The position numbers and the translations under genes are program-made. Of a stretch of DNA of 64,000 nucleotides, positions 58,806 through 64,000 are shown piece by piece (within the stretch, counting starts at the first letter, position 1; each line of letters begins with the position of its first letter). This DNA is from Nemertoderma westbladi (lineage: Eukaryota; Animalia; Xenacoelomorpha), in assembly GCA_032718475.1 (NCBI GenBank), contig JAUCBJ010001621.1, forward strand, positions 31,492-95,491, read 5' to 3'. Below the pieces are notes generated by a model. That model had not been told where the DNA came from, ran no database searches, and was given only the letters and a program-made list of their open reading frames with translations.

Positions 58806-61800
58806 ATGTCTGATACTAAGCAGAACCTGTCAGACAGTTTATTAGATGTAACTATCTGCGACTCAGATAGAGGCGTAGAACCGTCTAGTCGTAAGTTCAG
58901 TTCACCTCCCACTGTGAGGAAGGTCATCCCTCCTGTAGTAATAACAGAACCTAGGCTGGTCCAACATCGTAGGTCTATCATAGGCACTCGAGCTCAGGTC
59001 AAGCGGGACCAAGAAGCAGCGGAACAGCAACAACCCGTGAGCCAAGAAATTATTTCTCAGCGGCCCGACAGCTCCAGTAGTGAAGATACTGTAGAACTGA
59101 CACCCGAGCGCGGAGCAAGGATGACGGATGCGGTTTATTCGGATCCCCTTCTCATCCTTCCTGCAGCCGTACTCACTAGGTTATTGATCGCTGTGGAAGA
59201 ACACCAGATCGATTGGGCGAGAAGTAAGCGCTCAACTAAAGATAGTTATGCGGGATACACCAGGGAAGAACTGAAGTCTATGGTCGAGTCGCAATGGAAC
59301 TTCCCCGGACCCGGACTCCCGTTTGATTTATCAGAAGCTGCCTGGGAAGACATACACCGGATGGGAGTAGCCAAGGAAACCATCGATCCAGCTGTGTGGA
59401 AGAGGTCCGCAGCCGGATACGCACAGGGATTCTTCAGCTCTATGGAGCGAGTAGAAAAACAACTGTTACAACAACCTCAAGGACCTCAAGAGCAGGGACA
59501 ACTGCTTTATCAAGTTAGAGAAAGAATTCTACGAATCAGGCTAATCTTATCAGCCTTTGAGGAGGCTTCTAAAAGAAGACAAGACACGTCGTTGCAAGTT
59601 GCCGTAAAGACTTGGTTTCAACGGGTGAGTCGCCAGGTTCAAGGAACAGCACAGTGGAAAGCTCAGCTGGAGGAGCGCTCAACCCATGGAGAATCAACAG
59701 ACGCTACTTTTTCCCAAGTGGAAAGTGAAGCGACGGCAGAGAAACCGCATAAGAGGGATGCCATTGACATCTATCTGTCAGACTATCAACGTTTTTTAGG
59801 TGATGACGAGTTGAGGAGAAGGTTAGATGGACTTAGCCCTAATAGCGAAGGAACTCAGCGTGTGTTGGATGCCATCGATGTGGAAATGAGGGCTGCGAAT
59901 CAGGCTAAATTTGATGAACAACTCCGCCTGACACGAGTCCAAGAAGAACAAGTAAAGAAAAAACGTATAGAAGACAGAAAGAAAGCAGCAGTGGTAGCTG
60001 CAGAAGCAGAAAGAAAAGCGGCAGCGGCAGAGGCAGCGGCAGAGGCAAAAGCGGCCGAAGCTGAAAGAAAAGCGGCAGCGGCAGCGGCAGCGGCAGAGGC
60101 AAAAGCGGCCGAAGCTGAAAGAAAGGCGGCCGAGGCTGAAAGAAAGGCCGCAGAGGCAGTGGCAGAAGCCGAACGGAGAGCGACTGAAGAAACCACCCAA
60201 TTAGAATTGGAAAATATTCAGGAGAATCAAGACTGCATAAATAAACAGTTAACAGCTAGTAATATGCAGATGATGAATCGATCTACTCCCAAAAGACAGG
60301 GATATACATCATCTGAGGAAGGCGATACCACCGATACTGAAGGCAAAGGAAATAGATCTCGTCTAAGCAGACGTAAAAGAACATCCCACCGTCAGAAATT
60401 GCCTGATTTGCCTCCAGCTGTTAGAAGGCAACTAAATAACACCAACTTAGGTAGTACAGAACCCACAGACCAAATAATTAAAATAGAAAGACTCCCTACT
60501 ATAGTAGATGAGCCTGAAATAATTAGGCCTGTTCTTGAAATCACCCCTTCGGTGATAGACACACCTGTGCTCCCTGAAGCTACCTCTAAATTCCCTCTGC
60601 ACAGTACTAAGCTATCTGTGCCCAGTAGAACAGCCCATGAGACAGTTCAGGTCCTGGACCCCGAGCGAAATATTCATGATTTGTCGCCCGTTGTCCCTCG
60701 TCCGCCCGCTACAATGTTGGCGACTCCCGCTTCGGCGGTCGAATGGGTGGACGAGAGACGGCGGGGGATGGATCTCCTGCTCGGGCAGATGCAGGAGACT
60801 GTTCAGCAATTCAAGGGCACAGTAAGGGAAAGTAGGCTAGAGTTGCAAGAAGTGCAGCAAAGTATCGCGCTAGAACGCGATAAATTAGTAAATACACAAA
60901 GGGGTATACCACCACCCTCGGTAACAATGTGTCAACCTGTTAGGTCTGAAGTATCTCATGCGCAAGGTGTGGAGCCTACACGCATATATACTGCTAGCGA
61001 AGTAGAAACTCCTATAGTGAACCCTATTAAGGGTAATTATAGACCTGTTGATAATGACATTCCCTATAGACCTGATCATAATCCGAAAAATTTATATACC
61101 GATAACTCGATATTAAATAACACGATGGCCCAAGAAAGTTTTACGCGTCAAATGGCTAGAACCGAAGCCCGGCAAGCGGTGAAGGTGGGAGAGATCGTCA
61201 AGTTCAATGGAGATGAGATGAAATGGTTACCTTTTAATGAATATTACAAAGATAACATACAGAACTCTGTACTATCTAATGGAGAGAAACTTAGATTCCT
61301 CATAGAGTGCTTGGAAGGATCTCCCAAGTTAATGGCGTTAAAGTTTATTGGACATCCAGACGGATTAAGACAAGTTTGGGATACACTAAACATCAGGTAT
61401 GGTAATAGGAATAACATAGCTGGGTATTTGTATGCAAAGTTGGTAGCGCCCCGAAAGTTTATTAGCAGCGGGATTATAGAGTTTTCCAATGAAATTCAGG
61501 AGATCTACAGACAATTAGATTGGCTAGGTAAGTCTCATGAGTATCAGAGTGCTATGGTTATTAGAGCGGTGGCCTCTACTTTACCGAAGGGTGGAGTAGG
61601 TACACGCTGCGACAAGAAAGTGTTATACATGATGGAACAACAACAACGAGACCCTACCATGACTGATCTCATGACATTCTTGGATGGCGAAGTGAAATTA
61701 CAGCTCATAAAGCAGTCCAGAGAGAAGACATCGGAAAACAAGGTAAGTGAGAAACCCGTCTCCAGAAGAAAGGTAACACCAGTGTGTTATACCGACGACG

Positions 61801-62822
61801 GCGAAAGCCAAGCTTCCCAAGGGGAGGATAGCGGGAAAGACACTGAAAGATCTTATTATGTCAATAAAACACCTAACGAACAGGGAAGTAAATTTAAGTC
61901 TCGATCCAATGACAAGAGAGAACAGGTAAGAAAAACTCCTCCTACGTCTCCCAAGAGAATTCAGGTGAGAAAGCCCGAAGAAAGAACGAGAGTGCACAAT
62001 GTCACCCAAAATAAGGTAAGTAACATCAAACCGAAATGTGCGCTATGTGACGGGACCCACCGTTTGAATATGTGTGATGAATTCCTGAAGAAATCATTAA
62101 CGGAGAGACGAGAAGTCATGTGGGATAAGCGGTTATGTTATAATTGCCTCAGACAAGGACACCAACGGCGAACCTGTTACTCTGACATAAGGTGTGCAAA
62201 GTGTGGTGCGAAACATCATATCTTGTTGCACGCTGAATTCGAACGAAATAGTCCTAATCAGGTAAGTGATTCCGAACTACATGTCCAATTCAGTGATGTG
62301 AACGACACTGATCAATCTGAGATGGAAGGATTCTATACGGACGAGTTCTCCGACGAAAACGAATCCTGTTACATGATAAATACCGCAGTGTATCGAGCAC
62401 TCACATATGAGGAGGATACAGACAGCGACCTCACTCTAACTACTTCTGATCGACAACCATCTTGGAAAGAGCCATCTTCCAATGTAGGGATCCGAGAGTT
62501 TCCTGTGGTGCAGGTAAGGGTTCACGGACCTAAACGGAGTTATGTAGTGAACGCCCTCCTTGACTCCGGTAGTACAGGAACATTCATCGACAAAGAGCTA
62601 GCCGAAGACATATTTGCTGGACAACCCAAGTTCCGAACTAAGCTAAACATGTCAGGCATTATGCAAGTTTGGAAATCTACAGTAACAGCGGATTATTATG
62701 TAGGCGCGTTGTCCACCCCCCAGGACGAACTAGGAGAACATAGCATAAGGTCAGTGAAAATGGTGGCTATTGTAAAAGCTTTTACTGAATTGTCCGGTTA
62801 TTTTTCCTTATTTTTCCCGTAA
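58806..62822 (+). CDS. Second BEL/Pao gag-protease, truncated at 62770 by an insertion
   Basis: KFNGD...EKLRFL gag motif, CALC..H..C / CYNC..H..C / CAKC..HH knuckles, ALLDSGS protease; last about 17 codons come from the inserted repeat. Confidence 0.9.
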   Translation: MSDTKQNLSDSLLDVTICDSDRGVEPSSRKFSSPPTVRKVIPPVVITEPRLVQHRRSIIGTRAQVKRDQEAAEQQQPVSQEIISQRPDSSSSEDTVELTPERGARMTDAVYSDPLLILPAAVLTRLLIAVEEHQIDWARSKRSTKDSYAGYTREELKSMVESQWNFPGPGLPFDLSEAAWEDIHRMGVAKETIDPAVWKRSAAGYAQGFFSSMERVEKQLLQQPQGPQEQGQLLYQVRERILRIRLILSAFEEASKRRQDTSLQVAVKTWFQRVSRQVQGTAQWKAQLEERSTHGESTDATFSQVESEATAEKPHKRDAIDIYLSDYQRFLGDDELRRRLDGLSPNSEGTQRVLDAIDVEMRAANQAKFDEQLRLTRVQEEQVKKKRIEDRKKAAVVAAEAERKAAAAEAAAEAKAAEAERKAAAAAAAAEAKAAEAERKAAEAERKAAEAVAEAERRATEETTQLELENIQENQDCINKQLTASNMQMMNRSTPKRQGYTSSEEGDTTDTEGKGNRSRLSRRKRTSHRQKLPDLPPAVRRQLNNTNLGSTEPTDQIIKIERLPTIVDEPEIIRPVLEITPSVIDTPVLPEATSKFPLHSTKLSVPSRTAHETVQVLDPERNIHDLSPVVPRPPATMLATPASAVEWVDERRRGMDLLLGQMQETVQQFKGTVRESRLELQEVQQSIALERDKLVNTQRGIPPPSVTMCQPVRSEVSHAQGVEPTRIYTASEVETPIVNPIKGNYRPVDNDIPYRPDHNPKNLYTDNSILNNTMAQESFTRQMARTEARQAVKVGEIVKFNGDEMKWLPFNEYYKDNIQNSVLSNGEKLRFLIECLEGSPKLMALKFIGHPDGLRQVWDTLNIRYGNRNNIAGYLYAKLVAPRKFISSGIIEFSNEIQEIYRQLDWLGKSHEYQSAMVIRAVASTLPKGGVGTRCDKKVLYMMEQQQRDPTMTDLMTFLDGEVKLQLIKQSREKTSENKVSEKPVSRRKVTPVCYTDDGESQASQGEDSGKDTERSYYVNKTPNEQGSKFKSRSNDKREQVRKTPPTSPKRIQVRKPEERTRVHNVTQNKVSNIKPKCALCDGTHRLNMCDEFLKKSLTERREVMWDKRLCYNCLRQGHQRRTCYSDIRCAKCGAKHHILLHAEFERNSPNQVSDSELHVQFSDVNDTDQSEMEGFYTDEFSDENESCYMINTAVYRALTYEEDTDSDLTLTTSDRQPSWKEPSSNVGIREFPVVQVRVHGPKRSYVVNALLDSGSTGTFIDKELAEDIFAGQPKFRTKLNMSGIMQVWKSTVTADYYVGALSTPQDELGEHSIRSVKMVAIVKAFTELSGYFSLFFP

Positions 62823-62984
62823 AGTACTCTGTAGTTGGTTTACCAGGCATAAAAAGGCCGTGTCCTTGCTGTACTGGTGTTTTAGCGGACATAAGAGCTA
62901 TTTCTTCTGTATTTGTACTTTAGAGGACATAATCCGTAATTCCGTGACGTAAAAGCTCGATACTCTTGAAAACAGTGTCGCTAC
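62771..62984 (+). repeat. Diverged partial copy of the TGTAAAAGC LTR-like repeat
   Basis: Aligns with the first about 215 bp of the 55318 copy at lower identity. Confidence 0.7.
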
Positions 62985-64000
62985 TGTAAAAGCCTTTGCT
63001 GAATTGCCCCGTTATTTTTATTATCTTTTACATTAAAATACTCCGTAGTTGATTTAATAAGTGTAAGAGACCGTATTATTGCTGTATCTGTGTTTTTAGA
63101 GGATCTAAGACCTATTTCCTTTGTATGTGTACTGTGAAAGGCATATTTTATGATTCTATGGCAATTCGTGACGCAAAAGGGTGATAGCTACTCTTGAACA
63201 GTAGTTACTATGACTACGGTTAACAGCTGACATTCATACGTGTTGATTTCCTTTGTTCTACGGCGTCTCTCAGTTCAGTCAGCCAATGAGAGCGTTTTTG
63301 TGGCTCCTTGTACAGAAAATTTCCGAGAAATGACGCAATGCCTATGTGCAGTGTTTACATTCAGTCTTGAGCCAAAGAAAGAACGGCTTGGAAGTATTTT
63401 GTGCTGTACTGCTTTTTAGTCTTACACTAGTAGGTTTAATTATAAAGGGCATATATCCTTTAACTTGAATATCTCTGTAAATATCTCAATGCTGACATAC
63501 CGGTACTGATGTACCGATATACCTAACTGTTCAGTTGTTGTTTTATACTGCTATTTACTGTCAGTTCTTCATAATATGGTTGATGAATTATTATATTTGG
63601 AATAACGATAAATAACCCCGCAACCCAATATTCTTGATATACCGAAGGTAAGAGAGAAAGGTTACCAATAACGATTGTGACTTATGTTAAAGTGGTTTGA
63701 AGTGAATCTAATGTTATTTGATAGACCCTACATGAGTCAGCCTGTGTTCCTTTTATATGTGACTAAAATCAGTGAAGATTGGCAGATTAGTGTGCAGTAT
63801 TGTACAGCATTGTGTATGAGTGAGTCTGTTAAAGAAGCAATTCCTAAAGAATGCGCCATATATGTGAATTATAATTAAGCCATATCGTTGTGAGTAGTTT
63901 AAGTCATAACTCTGTTTATATAGATAAAGCGCCACGTCCTAAAGGAACTGTTAATATTACCGAAGGTGAATAATATTGTCAGAAATTATATAATACTGTC
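62985..64000 (+). repeat. LTR-like repeat copy running off the window end
   Basis: Colinear with 55318-56340. Confidence 0.85.

Overview
Animal (invertebrate-like) nuclear DNA, mostly repeats and transposons, with no prokaryotic features. Host genes, all on the minus strand: FAU/RPS30 (17700-18098), an intronless MRPL45 (32438-33736) and the first exon(s) of a probable EF-hand protein (about 4.7-5.9 kb). Two satellites: a 44-bp unit (1-4756) and a 21-bp unit (6570-12742). A complete, young BEL/Pao LTR retrotransposon (35339-51804; about 2.2-kb LTRs, ATATT target-site duplication) sits inside a CR1-type LINE. A second BEL/Pao (about 55318-62770) is truncated by nested LTR-like copies. Also present: nested CR1/L2-type and RTE LINEs, tRNA-derived SINEs, hAT and foldback MITEs, and a Helentron/HINE-like family. 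Most notable: (i) the complete BEL has no tRNA primer-binding site but a 10-nt sequence complementary to its own LTR, suggesting possible self-priming; (ii) a HINE-like element carries 6-7 co-oriented CTCF-like motifs including the upstream module; (iii) TACCGGTA, TACAGTA and TAGGCCTA motifs resembling transposon excision footprints are strongly enriched; (iv) FAU has a TOP start and a candidate 36-nt micro-intron. All coordinates were read by eye and may be off by a few bases.
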